Below, piece by piece: positions 8,223 to 17,570 of a DNA stretch of 64,000 nt. Position numbers and translations under genes: made by a program. This DNA comes from Solirubrobacterales bacterium (lineage in GTDB: Bacteria > Actinomycetota > Thermoleophilia > Solirubrobacterales > 70-9). Under the pieces are notes generated by a model, which did not search any database, had not been told where the DNA came from, and saw nothing but the letters and a program-made list of their open reading frames with translations. Location: contig DASTYZ010000037.1 in NCBI GenBank assembly GCA_035764545.1, positions 119 through 64,118 of the forward strand, written 5' to 3'. The stretch's first letter is position 1, and each line of letters begins with the position of its first letter.

Positions 8223-9542
8223 TCAGTCAGCAAAGCCTTTGGTCCGGCGAAGCTCCTTTTCAGCACGGCGCAGGCTTGCGGGCAATATTTGCACCATCTC
8301 CCAGCGGTAGTCGTGCTCCTCATCAGGAAAATCGACTTTCAGCGCGTCGGCAAGGTCAGTCAACCTCGGCTGTGCTGCGAGGTCGGACCGCATCTCTCGC
8401 ATGACGGCAGAAGTGGCTTCTTTTGCCCTAACCGCGTCTGCTGCCGAATAGCTCTGCCCTTCGTGTACGGCTCCATTTCGCATCCGATAGGTCGTTGACC
8501 ACCAGGTGCCCCAAACCGATCCCTGGTCGTCCACCCTGATTTTCCTATTCAGCACTTTCGCGAGATGAACCGTCACGCACTCTTTGAGCCAGGCAGCAGA
8601 TGCCGCCTCGCGCTCCTCCGCCGACCAACCCAAGCGTTCGGCTCCCTCGCGGACGGTCGTGCTGACAAGCCCCTCAACGGCCATTCCGAGGGTGATGATG
8701 CAGCGGGTTGCCTCTCCCAACAGCGAGTACGCCCAAGCATCCTCTACGAAGCTAAAGAACTGCAGATATGGCTCGGCACCCTTATTCGCAGCGCTAACCA
8801 TGGCGCTCGCTTGCCAAGCAAAATCCGGGGGAGGTTCATCTTCAACCGCGACATCAAGAAGCTCGGGGCGGATTGACACGACGCAGTGAATCGGCCATTG
8901 ACCGGGCTCCTCTCCGGGCGATACGTGGTCGATGATGATCGGCAGGAGCGGTGGTAGTTGGCCTGCTGAGAGTCGACCGATTCGCCAGTCCCGCGAGGTC
9001 ATACTCAGCGCGGTCAGAAAGCGGTTCAGGTCCGCGAGGCAAACGAAGAACTGAGATCGAAGCCAGTCCAGCTCTTCCTCTCGGCCGGTCTCGTCTGGAA
9101 TTTCGGACGGCGGAATGAAGGACGAGAGGGAAACCACTGAGCGCGTCAGCATTACCCCTCGTCGATCAGCACTCCGTAGACCCCGCCGTCTGGTCAGTCG
9201 CTCACGCCAGTTCAGAAATGGCAGGACTTTGTCGCCAAACGCCTCATCTGCGGCTCGAAGCGGGGGAATGGACTTGACTCTGGCTCGCCGAAATCGGATC
9301 TGAGTTCCCGGCATCAAGTTTTCGGGAATTTCTTTGGCGCCGGGCCATTCCAGGAGCGTCCAAAGATCCTCTCCCGCCCAACCCTCCCACGCGGGTGATC
9401 GCTCCAGAAGTGGGGCCATCTGCCAGTTATTGGGAACCGGAAGGGCGAAGGGAAGCTCAAGGATGTAAGTGATGACCCTCGCTTGAAGGCGTGCGTCCCC
9501 CACACACCTGATGCTGCCGAAGCCGCCGGATGAGTCGAGCAA
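8223..9542 (-). CDS. orphan hypothetical protein with C-terminal HEPN-like RNxxxH motif (candidate RNase or abortive-infection protein)
   Basis: 439-aa ORF, the only long ORF in the lower-GC interval. The motif YRMRNGAVHEG at 8463-8486 fits the HEPN pattern Rx4-6H with Asn after Arg. The start codon is uncertain (TTG at 9542). Confidence 0.55.
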   Translation of the reverse strand: MLDSSGGFGSIRCVGDARLQARVITYILELPFALPVPNNWQMAPLLERSPAWEGWAGEDLWTLLEWPGAKEIPENLMPGTQIRFRRARVKSIPPLRAADEAFGDKVLPFLNWRERLTRRRGLRSADRRGVMLTRSVVSLSSFIPPSEIPDETGREEELDWLRSQFFVCLADLNRFLTALSMTSRDWRIGRLSAGQLPPLLPIIIDHVSPGEEPGQWPIHCVVSIRPELLDVAVEDEPPPDFAWQASAMVSAANKGAEPYLQFFSFVEDAWAYSLLGEATRCIITLGMAVEGLVSTTVREGAERLGWSAEEREAASAAWLKECVTVHLAKVLNRKIRVDDQGSVWGTWWSTTYRMRNGAVHEGQSYSAADAVRAKEATSAVMREMRSDLAAQPRLTDLADALKVDFPDEEHDYRWEMVQILPASLRRAEKELRRTKGFAD

Positions 9543-9682
9543 CCCCTGCGTTGGTCCTCTGATCCGTCACAAATTCGCATGGCACCCGATTCGCTCGCCA
9601 TCACTGGCATGTTTCCCTCAGGGCCGCGCGCCAGTTCGACTGTAGCTGTCGGGGTCAGGCGAAGCTACAGTTCGGATCGCCC

Positions 9683-9807
9683 GGGAAGGGGGGCACCCTC
9701 CGTACGAGCGGCGTTAGCTTTTCGCACCTGCCGGAACTAGGACAGCTGTAGCCGTCTCTGGGCGAAAGCCCAGCGAAGGTAGGTGGTGCCCCCCTTCCCC
9801 CAGCGCC
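9683..9807. repeat. structured hairpin repeat, copy 2 (right inverted repeat of the cassette)
   Basis: Outer stem is GGGAAGGGGGGCACC ... GGTGCCCCCCTTCCC and inner stem GCGAAA/TTTCGC. The reverse complement aligns block for block with copy 1 (GGCGCTGGG, CTACCTTCGCTGGG, GTGCGAAnAGCTAACGCCGCTCGTACG). Confidence 0.75.
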
Positions 9808-9887
9808 AAAGGGCTCGGAACCCGCACCGCTTCCGACATTCGCCCCACCAGGGTGTGCTCAATCTCGGAAGCGTTGAGGGCTGGACT

Positions 9888-10553
9888 TCAGGAGGTCGGC
9901 TGCCCCCGGCCCATCACCTTGGCAACCGTCGCCAGCAGGACTTGGACGTAAAGCTGGACCGAGCGGTCGGCGATGTACTCCATGTCGTGGGCGAGCTTGT
10001 CGGCCCAGGTCTCCTCGCGGGTGATCCGGGTCTGGGCGAAGCCGGTGACGCCGGGGCGGACGACGAGGCGCTGCCAGTACTGGGGGATCTCGCGGCAGAG
10101 CTCGGCGTAGAAGGTCGGCCTGATCGGGCGCGGGCCGACGATCGACATGTCGCCGCGCAGCACGTTCCAGAGCTGCGGCACCTCGTCGAGGTGGGTTTTG
10201 CGCAGGGCGCCGCCGATCCGGGTCCGCTCCTGCTCGGTCCGCCGGGTCAGCTCCTCGCCGTAATAGGGGCCGAGCCGGGTTTCCGCGTCGGGCTTCAGGG
10301 TGCGGAACTTGTACATCCAGAAGAGGTGGCCGGCCTTGCCGACACGGGCGCCGCGGTAGAGGACCGGCCGCCCGGAGTCGAGGGAGATGACGAGGGCGAT
10401 CAGCGCCAGCAGCGGCGAGAGGACGAGCAGGATCGAGGCGGAGATGAGGATGTCGAGCGCCCGCAGGACGGGGTCGATCGGACGCGGGTCGCCATCCGCC
10501 GCGGGCGCGACGAGTTCTTCGAGGCCGGCCTCGGCCTCGGGCAGCTCGCTCAA
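9888..10553 (-). CDS. undecaprenyl-phosphate sugar phosphotransferase (bacterial sugar transferase family)
   Basis: 221 aa with one N-terminal TM segment and motifs GPRPIRP and [10 protein letters not shown], typical of WbaP/PglC-type initiating transferases. Confidence 0.85.
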   Translation of the reverse strand: MSELPEAEAGLEELVAPAADGDPRPIDPVLRALDILISASILLVLSPLLALIALVISLDSGRPVLYRGARVGKAGHLFWMYKFRTLKPDAETRLGPYYGEELTRRTEQERTRIGGALRKTHLDEVPQLWNVLRGDMSIVGPRPIRPTFYAELCREIPQYWQRLVVRPGVTGFAQTRITREETWADKLAHDMEYIADRSVQLYVQVLLATVAKVMGRGQPTS

Positions 10554-11599
10554 GAAGGCGTTACGGGATGAGGCTCTTCGCGCAATGGTTGGGCTCCGAC
10601 GGTACCGAGGATGGTCTCGACCAGGAAGGCGGGATCGCGGCGTGTCGGCGTCGCCTCGGCGGTCCGCTTCTCCAGCACGAGCGCGCGGGGGTCGGTCAGC
10701 GGGCGCAGGCGACCGGAGCGGATCAAGGCTTCGTCGACGCCGCCGAGGCGGCCGCCGTAGGTGGTGTAGACCGGCGTCGCCAGGGCGGCGGCCTCGCGGT
10801 TCATCGTGCCGCCGGCGGAGAGGACGAGGTCGGCGAGCGCGACCAGGCTCTGCGCCTCGACCGCGCCCGGGGGGACGATCACCGAAGGCAGACCGAGGCC
10901 GGTGATGAACTCGCGCTGCGCCTGCGTGCGCGGCAGGACGACGGCATGGACGCCCTCGTCGCGGCCGAGGCGGTCGAGCACCTTGGGGAACAGCGGGTTC
11001 GACTTGCGGTGGTAGAGAGAGACGTCGGGTGGCGGCCGAACGATGACGACGACGCGCTCGGTCTCGACCCCGAGCTTCGTCAGCGCCTCAGGATCCGGCT
11101 CGAAATCGAAGAGGTAGTACTCCTCCTTCAGGCCCGGATAAGGGAAGAACTTGGCCTCGGTGACGCCGAAGCGGCGCAGGCGGTCGAGCGGCACCGAGTC
11201 CGGGAACATCACCCGCCGCGAGAGGCGGCAGCCGATCCGGTGCTGGGTGACCGCGTACTCGTAGTCATGCATGTTGGCCTCGGGGACGCCGAGCGTCTTC
11301 GCCGCGATCGCGAGGTCGTTAGAGCCGTGGGCGAGCGCCAAGTCGAAGCCGCGGCCGCGGCCGAAGCGCAGCATGCCGCTGCTGCGGCCGGCGAGAGCCG
11401 CGGCCTTGCGCAGCCGCGAGGCGCCGCCGTGGCGGCCGATCGGGGTGTGATCGAGGCCGTGGAGCTCGAGCAGCTGCTGGGTCTGCGCGTAGTCGCGGGA
11501 GGTGATCTCCACCTTGTGCCCTTCGCCCCGCAGCCGCTCGATGATCGGCCGCAGCACGAGGACGTGCGCCGGAGCGCTCATGTCCACCCAGACCTTCAA
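10550..11599 (-). CDS. DUF354-family protein (glycosyltransferase-like)
   Basis: 349 aa. The N-terminus MKVWVDMSAPAHVLVLRPIIERLRGEGHKVEITSRDY matches my recollection of the DUF354 pattern. Overlaps the downstream sugar transferase start by 4 nt. Confidence 0.6.
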   Translation of the reverse strand: MKVWVDMSAPAHVLVLRPIIERLRGEGHKVEITSRDYAQTQQLLELHGLDHTPIGRHGGASRLRKAAALAGRSSGMLRFGRGRGFDLALAHGSNDLAIAAKTLGVPEANMHDYEYAVTQHRIGCRLSRRVMFPDSVPLDRLRRFGVTEAKFFPYPGLKEEYYLFDFEPDPEALTKLGVETERVVVIVRPPPDVSLYHRKSNPLFPKVLDRLGRDEGVHAVVLPRTQAQREFITGLGLPSVIVPPGAVEAQSLVALADLVLSAGGTMNREAAALATPVYTTYGGRLGGVDEALIRSGRLRPLTDPRALVLEKRTAEATPTRRDPAFLVETILGTVGAQPLREEPHPVTPS

Positions 11600-11603
11600 G
11601 GGC

Positions 11604-12881
11604 CTAAACGGTCGCAGCTAGCTCGGCGTAAAGCGGGAAGCGGTCCATCAAGGCGCCGGTGCGGGAGGCGAGCTCGTCCTTCTTTGCCTCGAAGTCGGGG
11701 CCGAGGGCGGTGACGATCACCTCGGCGATCTCGCTCATCTCCTCCTCGCCCATCCCGCGCGTGGTCAGCGCCGGAGTGCCGATCCGCAGGCCGGAGGGGT
11801 TCATCGGCGGCCGCTCGTCGAAGGGGATCGCGTTGCGGTTGACGGTGATCCCGACCGCATCCAGCCGGTCCTCCCCGGTCTGGCCGTCGAGGCCGGTCGG
11901 GGTGAGGTCCACGAGGACAAGGTGGACGTCGGTGCCGCCGGTGATCACCGGCACGCCGCCGGCTTCGAGCCCGGCCGCCAGCGCCCGCGCGTTGGCGATC
12001 GTCTGCCGCTGGCGCTGCTCGAACTCCTCGCTGGCGGCGATGTGGAGGGCGACGGCCTTGGCGGCGACCGTGTGCATCAACGGACCCCCCTGCTGGCCGG
12101 GGAAGATCGCCTTGTCGATCGCTTTCGCGTGCTCCCCTTTGCTGAGGATCATGCCGCTGCGCGGGCCGCAGAGAGTCTTGTGGATCGTCGTCGTGACTAC
12201 GTCGGCGTGCTCGACCGGATTTGGGTGCTCGCCGGCGGCGACGAGCCCGGCGAAGTGGGCCATGTCGACCATCAGCTTCGCCCCGACCGAGTCGGCGATC
12301 TCGCGGAAGGCGGCGAAGTCGAGCTGGCGCGGGTAGGCCGACCAGCCGGTGACGATCAGCGCCGGCTTGTGCTCCTGCGCCAGGCGCTCTACCTCGTCCA
12401 TGTCGACGAGGTAGTCCTCGCGACTGACGTGGTAGGGCACCGGGTTGTAGAGCTTGCCGCTGACGTTGATTTTCATCCCATGGCTGAGGTGGCCGCCGTG
12501 GTCGAGGGCGAGGCCGAGGAAGGTGTCCCCCGGTTCCAGCAGCGCCATGTAGACGGCGTTGTTGGCCTGGGCGCCGGCGTGGGCCTGGACGTTGGCGTGC
12601 TCAGCGCCGAACAGGCTCTTGGCGCGGTCGATCGCGAGTTGCTCGGCGACGTCGACCTCCTCGCAGCCGCCGTAGTAGCGACGACCGGGGTAGCCCTCGG
12701 CGTACTTGTTGGTCAGCACCGAGCCGACCGCTTCCAGCACCGCCTGGGGCACGAAGTTCTCCGAGGCGATCATCTCCAGCGTCCGCTGCTGGCGCCGCAG
12801 CTCCGCCTCGAGGACGTCGGCGATCTCGGGATCGACCTCGCTCAGCGGCGCGTTTTGGAAGTTCTCGGGAAGATCGGCCAT
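11604..12881 (-). CDS. glyA: serine hydroxymethyltransferase
   Basis: 425 aa with the PLP-lysine context [16 protein letters not shown] and [12 protein letters not shown]. Confidence 0.97.
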   Translation of the reverse strand: MADLPENFQNAPLSEVDPEIADVLEAELRRQQRTLEMIASENFVPQAVLEAVGSVLTNKYAEGYPGRRYYGGCEEVDVAEQLAIDRAKSLFGAEHANVQAHAGAQANNAVYMALLEPGDTFLGLALDHGGHLSHGMKINVSGKLYNPVPYHVSREDYLVDMDEVERLAQEHKPALIVTGWSAYPRQLDFAAFREIADSVGAKLMVDMAHFAGLVAAGEHPNPVEHADVVTTTIHKTLCGPRSGMILSKGEHAKAIDKAIFPGQQGGPLMHTVAAKAVALHIAASEEFEQRQRQTIANARALAAGLEAGGVPVITGGTDVHLVLVDLTPTGLDGQTGEDRLDAVGITVNRNAIPFDERPPMNPSGLRIGTPALTTRGMGEEEMSEIAEVIVTALGPDFEAKKDELASRTGALMDRFPLYAELAATV

Positions 12882-12923
12882 CGTCGGCCGACCATAGCAA
12901 CGGGTCGGGATATTCTGGGGCCG

Positions 12924-13685
12924 GTGAGAGCCAGAGTTCTGCTCGCTCCGCTGGCCCTTCTACTGGTCTCAGCACTTCCCGCCGCCGCTTCCGCGGCGGT
13001 CGAGAACCCATGCGAAAGCGCCGAAGCCCGGCTGCTGCTCTGCCCGAACCTGCGGATCGCACCGCCGAGCGAGCTCTACGTCCAGGAGCTCGGCGGCCGC
13101 GTACTGCTGCGGGCGACCAGCGACGTCCAGAGCCGCGGCAAGGGGCCGATGGAGCTGCACGGCCTCCGCGACGGTCCCCGCTCGATGAGGACCAACCAGT
13201 GGATCCACAGGAAGGGCGGTGGCCACGTCACCGTGCCGAGCGAGGCGAAGCTGCGCTTCACCTACGTCGGCACCTACTTCGGCGGCTCCTACTGGAAGGT
13301 CCACCAGCTGGCCAACTTCGAGCTGCGCCGGGTCGGTCCCGACGGCGCGGTCGGCGATGTCGTCCGCACCAGCCCGAAGCTCAACTACTGCCTGCGCGAC
13401 CTCACCCACACCCGCCCGGGCCGCCGTTCCCCCAGCCACTGGGTCTATCCCGGCTGCAACCAGAACCCCTTCCAGGACCGGGTCAGGCTCGGCACCTCGG
13501 TCGGCTGGTCGGACATCTACCCGGCCGCCTACCACCAGCAGTGGATCGAGGTCTCAGGCCTGCGTGGCTGCTTCGCCTACCGGATGATCGTCGACCCGAA
13601 GGAAAGCCTCTTCGAGTCGAACGAGAGCGACAACATGTCCCAGCGCCTGGTCCGCCTGCCCTACCGCGGCAAGCCCGGCTGCTGA
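12924..13685 (+). CDS. secreted lysyl-oxidase-like domain protein
   Basis: Start set to a GTG in frame with the long track ORF. The signal peptide is [23 protein letters not shown]. The C-terminal pattern [20 protein letters not shown]...[14 protein letters not shown] resembles the LOX pattern GCYDTY..QWIDIT...ESDYTNN. Confidence 0.5.
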   Translation: MRARVLLAPLALLLVSALPAAASAAVENPCESAEARLLLCPNLRIAPPSELYVQELGGRVLLRATSDVQSRGKGPMELHGLRDGPRSMRTNQWIHRKGGGHVTVPSEAKLRFTYVGTYFGGSYWKVHQLANFELRRVGPDGAVGDVVRTSPKLNYCLRDLTHTRPGRRSPSHWVYPGCNQNPFQDRVRLGTSVGWSDIYPAAYHQQWIEVSGLRGCFAYRMIVDPKESLFESNESDNMSQRLVRLPYRGKPGC

Positions 13686-13688
13686 GCC

Positions 13689-14330
13689 TCAGCCGAGCCC
13701 GACCGAGGCCAGCTTGCTGGCGAGGTCGCCCGGGGAGAGGGCGCCGTCGCGGAGAACCTGCCAGCTGCCCTGCTCCTCGAGGGCGGTGATGTCGACGACG
13801 GTCGACGGCAGACCGGGCAGCTCGCCCCCGTCGATGGCGAGGTCGGCGCCGTCGCGGATCGAGTCCGGCACGTCCTCGAAGCGAGCCGGCGCCGGCTCGC
13901 CGCTGAGGTTGGCCGAGGTCTGGAAGACCGGGCACATCGTCCCGGCCAAAGGACCGCCGATCAGCCGGATCCCGAGCCGTTCGGGGTCCTGGCGACAGGC
14001 AAGCGGGTAGCGCCGCTGCGGGTTGGCGATGACGAGGGTGACCGGGCCCGGCATCAGGGCACTGACGGCCGCTTTGGTTCGCGGCCCGAGGCCCCCGACC
14101 AGCTCACGAATCGCCAGCGGCGAGAAGTACATGACCGCCGAGGGCTTGCCGTCGTCGCGGCCCTTGAGCCGGTGGATCTTGGCGATCGCCCCCGCGTCGA
14201 GTGGGTCGCATGCGAGGCCATAAAGACCATCGGAGGGAAAGACGGCAACGCCGCCGCGGGAGATCGTCCCTTCCAGCGCCTTCCGGGCCACGTCCGCCTC
14301 ACCGCTGCGCAGCTGCAGGACCTCGGTCAC
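13689..14330 (-). CDS. tsaC: L-threonylcarbamoyladenylate synthase (YrdC/Sua5 family, short form)
   Basis: 213 aa with FPSDGLYGLACD, KGRDDGKP and TSANLSGEP motifs. Sits downstream of prmC as in many genomes. Confidence 0.85.
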   Translation of the reverse strand: MTEVLQLRSGEADVARKALEGTISRGGVAVFPSDGLYGLACDPLDAGAIAKIHRLKGRDDGKPSAVMYFSPLAIRELVGGLGPRTKAAVSALMPGPVTLVIANPQRRYPLACRQDPERLGIRLIGGPLAGTMCPVFQTSANLSGEPAPARFEDVPDSIRDGADLAIDGGELPGLPSTVVDITALEEQGSWQVLRDGALSPGDLASKLASVGLG

Positions 14331-15193
14331 GCTGCCTCCCCTACCCGGCGAGCCACGACGACCCGCTCGATCCCCGCCAGGTCGCGCCGGGTCTCAACCT
14401 GCCCGAAGCCGCTCTCCCGCATCAGCCCCACCACCGCCTCGGCCTGCCCCTCCCCGACCTCGACAGCAAGCGCCGTAGAGCTTTTCATCCCTATGGGTGC
14501 AAAAGCTCTACGGCAGTCGGGAATGAAGGCGCGGTAAGCGTCGAGGCCGTCGGGGCCGGCAAGGAGCGCTTTGCGAGGCTCCCATTGCGTGACCTCGGGC
14601 TGGAGTGAGGTCCAGTCGCGTTCGGCAACGTAGGGGAGGTTGGCGAGGACGAGGTCGAACTCGCCTTCGGGCAGGGTCCCTTCCACGAACTCGACGCGGT
14701 TGGCGAGGCCGAGGCGCTCGGCGTTGGCGCGGGCGACTTCAAGCGCTCCGGGCGAGGTGTCGGTCGCGGTCACGGCGCACTTCGGCAGCTCGTCGGCGAT
14801 CGCGAGCGCAATCGCGCCCGATCCGGTGCCGACGTCGAGCACCCGCGCCGGTTGAATCTCCAGCGCCAGTTCGACCAAGAGCTCGGTCTCTGGCCGCGGG
14901 ATCAGCACCCGCGAATCGACCGCTAGCTCCAAGTCGCGAAACCCTTTCCGCCCGAGGATGTAAGCGACCGGCTCGCGCCGCAGCCGCCGCCGCACCATCT
15001 CCCCGAACGACCGCGCCGCGGGCGCCGGAACCTCCGCCCCGCCATCGGCCACCAGCGCAGCTCGCCCGAGCCCCATCGCCTCACCCAGCAGCAGTTCCGC
15101 ATCCAAGCGCGGGTCTTCGACGCCCGCCGCCCGCAGCCCGTCGACAGCCGCATCCAGCGCCTCGCGCACGCTCGAGCTGGTCATCGTCGCCAC
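14327..15193 (-). CDS. prmC: release-factor glutamine N5-methyltransferase
   Basis: 288 aa with SAM motif VLDVGTGSGAIA and substrate motif NLPY(V). Directly follows prfA. Confidence 0.9.
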   Translation of the reverse strand: MATMTSSSVREALDAAVDGLRAAGVEDPRLDAELLLGEAMGLGRAALVADGGAEVPAPAARSFGEMVRRRLRREPVAYILGRKGFRDLELAVDSRVLIPRPETELLVELALEIQPARVLDVGTGSGAIALAIADELPKCAVTATDTSPGALEVARANAERLGLANRVEFVEGTLPEGEFDLVLANLPYVAERDWTSLQPEVTQWEPRKALLAGPDGLDAYRAFIPDCRRAFAPIGMKSSTALAVEVGEGQAEAVVGLMRESGFGQVETRRDLAGIERVVVARRVGEAA

Positions 15194-15196
15194 TGC

Positions 15197-16264
15197 TCAG
15201 GCGGCCGAGGCCGCGGCCTCGAGGCGCTGGCGCTTCTCCTCCGCTGACAGCGCGTCGGTGAACTCCCCCAACTGGCCCGCCAGCACGCCCTCGAGGTTGT
15301 GGGAGGTGTGCTTGATCCGGTGGTCGGTGACCCGGCCCTGGGGGAAGTTGTAGGTGCGGATCTTCTCCGAGCGCTCGCCGCTTCCGACCTGGGCCTTGCG
15401 CTCGGAGGCGATCTTCGCCTGCTGCTCGGCCAGCTCGCGCTCGTAGAGGCGCGCACGCAGGACCCGCATCGCCCGGTCCTTGTTCTGGAGCTGGGACTTC
15501 TCGTCCTGCATCGAGACGACGATCCCGGTCGGTTTGTGGGTTATCCGCACGGCCGAGTCGGTGGTGTTGACCGACTGCCCGCCGGGCCCGGAGGACCGGT
15601 AGACATCGATCTGGAGGTCGTTTTGGTCGACATGGACCTCCACGTCCTCGACCTCGGGCAGGACGGCCACGGTGGCAGTCGAGGTGTGGATGCGGCCCTG
15701 GGACTCGGTCTCGGGAACGCGCTGGACGCGGTGGGTTCCGCCCTCGAACTTGAAGACCGAGTAGGCGCCCTCGCCCTTGACCTCGAAGGTGACGTCCTTG
15801 AACCCGCCCGAGTCCGAGCCCGACTGCGACAGCGCTTCGGTCGAGTAGCCGAGCTCGTCGGCGTAGCGGGTCAGCATCTTGTAGAGGTCGCCGGCGAAAA
15901 GCGCCGCCTCGTCGCCGCCGGTGCCGGCGCGAATCTCGACAATCACGTTCTTGGCGTCGTTCGGGTCGCGCTCGACCATCGCCAGGCGAATCTCCTCTTC
16001 CAATGCCTCCAGCTGCCCCGGCGCCTCCTCGACCACCTGCCGCATTTCCGCGTCCTCGCCCTCGGCCAGAAGCTCCCGCGCTCCTTCGAGGTCGTCACGC
16101 AGCGTCCGCCACCGCCCCGCCAGTTCACTCGCCGGCTGCAGCTCCCGATATTCACGACCGACCTCGGCGTACCGAGCCCGATCCGAAATCACCTCCGGGT
16201 CAGACATCTGCGCCTCGAGCTCGCCAAAGCGCGACTCGATCTGGTCGACCAGTTGCTCGATCAT
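15197..16264 (-). CDS. prfA: peptide chain release factor 1
   Basis: 355 aa with the GGQ loop SSGPGGQSVNTT and the decoding region QRVPETESQGRIHTS. Confidence 0.97.
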   Translation of the reverse strand: MIEQLVDQIESRFGELEAQMSDPEVISDRARYAEVGREYRELQPASELAGRWRTLRDDLEGARELLAEGEDAEMRQVVEEAPGQLEALEEEIRLAMVERDPNDAKNVIVEIRAGTGGDEAALFAGDLYKMLTRYADELGYSTEALSQSGSDSGGFKDVTFEVKGEGAYSVFKFEGGTHRVQRVPETESQGRIHTSTATVAVLPEVEDVEVHVDQNDLQIDVYRSSGPGGQSVNTTDSAVRITHKPTGIVVSMQDEKSQLQNKDRAMRVLRARLYERELAEQQAKIASERKAQVGSGERSEKIRTYNFPQGRVTDHRIKHTSHNLEGVLAGQLGEFTDALSAEEKRQRLEAAASAA

Positions 16265-16291
16265 GGAGCGAAGACTAGAGCGGAAGGTCGC

Positions 16292-17308
16292 TTAAGCGAC
16301 GATCTCGATGTGCGGCTTTTTCGCCGCCTCCTCGGGGGTCTCCCGAGCGAGGACGGCGTTGAGGGAGGCGATCGCGACCACGAGCTGCTCTTCGTCGGGC
16401 TCGCGGGTGGTCAGGTTCTGCAGCATCAGCCCCGGCCACATCACCGCCCGCACCCAGCGTTTGCGCCGGTTCTTGCCGGCCCACTTGATCACCTCATAGG
16501 AGAGGCCGGCGATCAGCGGGATGCCGAGGATGCGCGAGGCGAGCAGCCAGTACCAGGCCGGCAGCCCGATCGGAGCGAAGACGAAGATCGCCAGCACCAT
16601 CACGATCAGCAGGAAGCTGGTCCCGCAGCGGGGGTGCAGGCGCGAGTAAAGCTTCGCCCTGGCGGGCACGAGTTCGTCTTCGGCCTCGTAACAGGAGATC
16701 GTCTTGTGCTCGGCCCCGTGGTACTCGAAGACGCGCCGCAGGTCGGGCATTTTGCTGATCGCGAGGATGTAGCCGATGAAGATCGCCGTTCGCAGGACTC
16801 CCTCGACCAACCAGAACAGCAGCGAGGAGCCGAGCTGGTCCTTGATCAGGCTGGTGAGGCCGACCGGGACGACGAAGAAGAGGCCGACCGCGAGCAGCAT
16901 CGAGAGGACGATCGTCAGCCCCCAGATCCAGCCGCCGATTTCTTCCTTCTCGCCCTCCTCGTCCTCCTCCATCTGCGCGTTGGCGGAGATCGCCAGGGCC
17001 TTGAAGCCGATCTTCAGCGACTCGCCGAGGGCGACGACGCCGCGGATCACCGGCAGGCGCCAGAGCCGGTGCCGCTGCGCCCAGGGGACGAGCTGCTCGG
17101 ACTCGACCTCGATCTGCCCCTCGGGGGTGCGGACCGCGACGGCCCAGACCGAGATGCCGCGCATCATCACGCCCTCGAGGACGGCCTGACCGCCGACGGG
17201 GGCGTCGCGCTTGGCGACAAGAGCCCCATCGGGCATGCGCACAGGGTCCCCTCCGTTGCCAGAGGGGGTTTCGTGGGATGCCAGTGCCGAGCCCGAGGGC
17301 GGGCTCAC
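16292..17308 (-). CDS. DUF1385-family membrane protein (YqhQ-like)
   Basis: 338 aa with N-terminal GGQAVLEGVMMRG, a central HGAEHK motif and several TM segments. Located between rpmE and prfA. Confidence 0.7.
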   Translation of the reverse strand: MSPPSGSALASHETPSGNGGDPVRMPDGALVAKRDAPVGGQAVLEGVMMRGISVWAVAVRTPEGQIEVESEQLVPWAQRHRLWRLPVIRGVVALGESLKIGFKALAISANAQMEEDEEGEKEEIGGWIWGLTIVLSMLLAVGLFFVVPVGLTSLIKDQLGSSLLFWLVEGVLRTAIFIGYILAISKMPDLRRVFEYHGAEHKTISCYEAEDELVPARAKLYSRLHPRCGTSFLLIVMVLAIFVFAPIGLPAWYWLLASRILGIPLIAGLSYEVIKWAGKNRRKRWVRAVMWPGLMLQNLTTREPDEEQLVVAIASLNAVLARETPEEAAKKPHIEIVA

Positions 17309-17311
17309 GCG

Positions 17312-17524
17312 CTACTTCCCGGCCCGGTGCTTAGCGGCGCGGCGCTGGAAGCGCTCGACTCGACCGCCGGTGTCGACCAGCTTCTGCTTGCCCGTGTAAA
17401 AGGGGTGGCACTCGGAGCAAAGCTCTACATGCAAGTCCTCTTTCGTAGAGCGCGTGTAGAACTGGTTGCCGCACGAGCAATGCACGTTGGCAAGCGTGTA
17501 ATTGGGGTGGATCTCCGTCTTCAT
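17312..17524 (-). CDS. rpmE: 50S ribosomal protein L31 (Zn-ribbon type)
   Basis: Start trimmed to [22 protein letters not shown]...[13 protein letters not shown]. The upstream 52 codons of the track ORF look non-coding. Confidence 0.95.
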   Translation of the reverse strand: MKTEIHPNYTLANVHCSCGNQFYTRSTKEDLHVELCSECHPFYTGKQKLVDTGGRVERFQRRAAKHRAGK

Positions 17525-17570
17525 CTCCACCAAGTCTAGAGAACCGCGCAAGCCTTGCCGATAGGTCCCT

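Larger units (their letters stand above)
8018..9807. mobile_element. putative inverted-repeat-bounded single-gene cassette (no transposase seen)
   Basis: The termini are GGCGCTGGG at 8018 and CCCAGCGCC ending at 9807. The subterminal 125-bp imperfect inverted repeats are listed separately. The interior is visibly lower in G+C than both flanks and interrupts a glycan gene cluster. Confidence 0.3.

Noticed and set aside
8223-9542. The possibility that the cassette ORF is itself a transposase (TnpB, DDE or Y1)
   Set aside because: No DDE spacing, RuvC-like D..E..D, HUH or zinc-finger motifs could be found by eye. The only catalytic-looking motif is the HEPN-type RNxxxH.
8018-9807. Integron gene cassette with attC sites
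   Set aside because: The hairpin repeats lack the RYYYAAC/GTTRRRY core sites, flank the ORF in inverted rather than same orientation, and no integrase is nearby.
15299-17539. 746-aa plus-strand ORF across prfA, DUF1385 and rpmE
   Set aside because: It is antisense to three conserved genes. The product is Arg/Gly/Asp/Leu-rich and featureless, so it is a shadow ORF.
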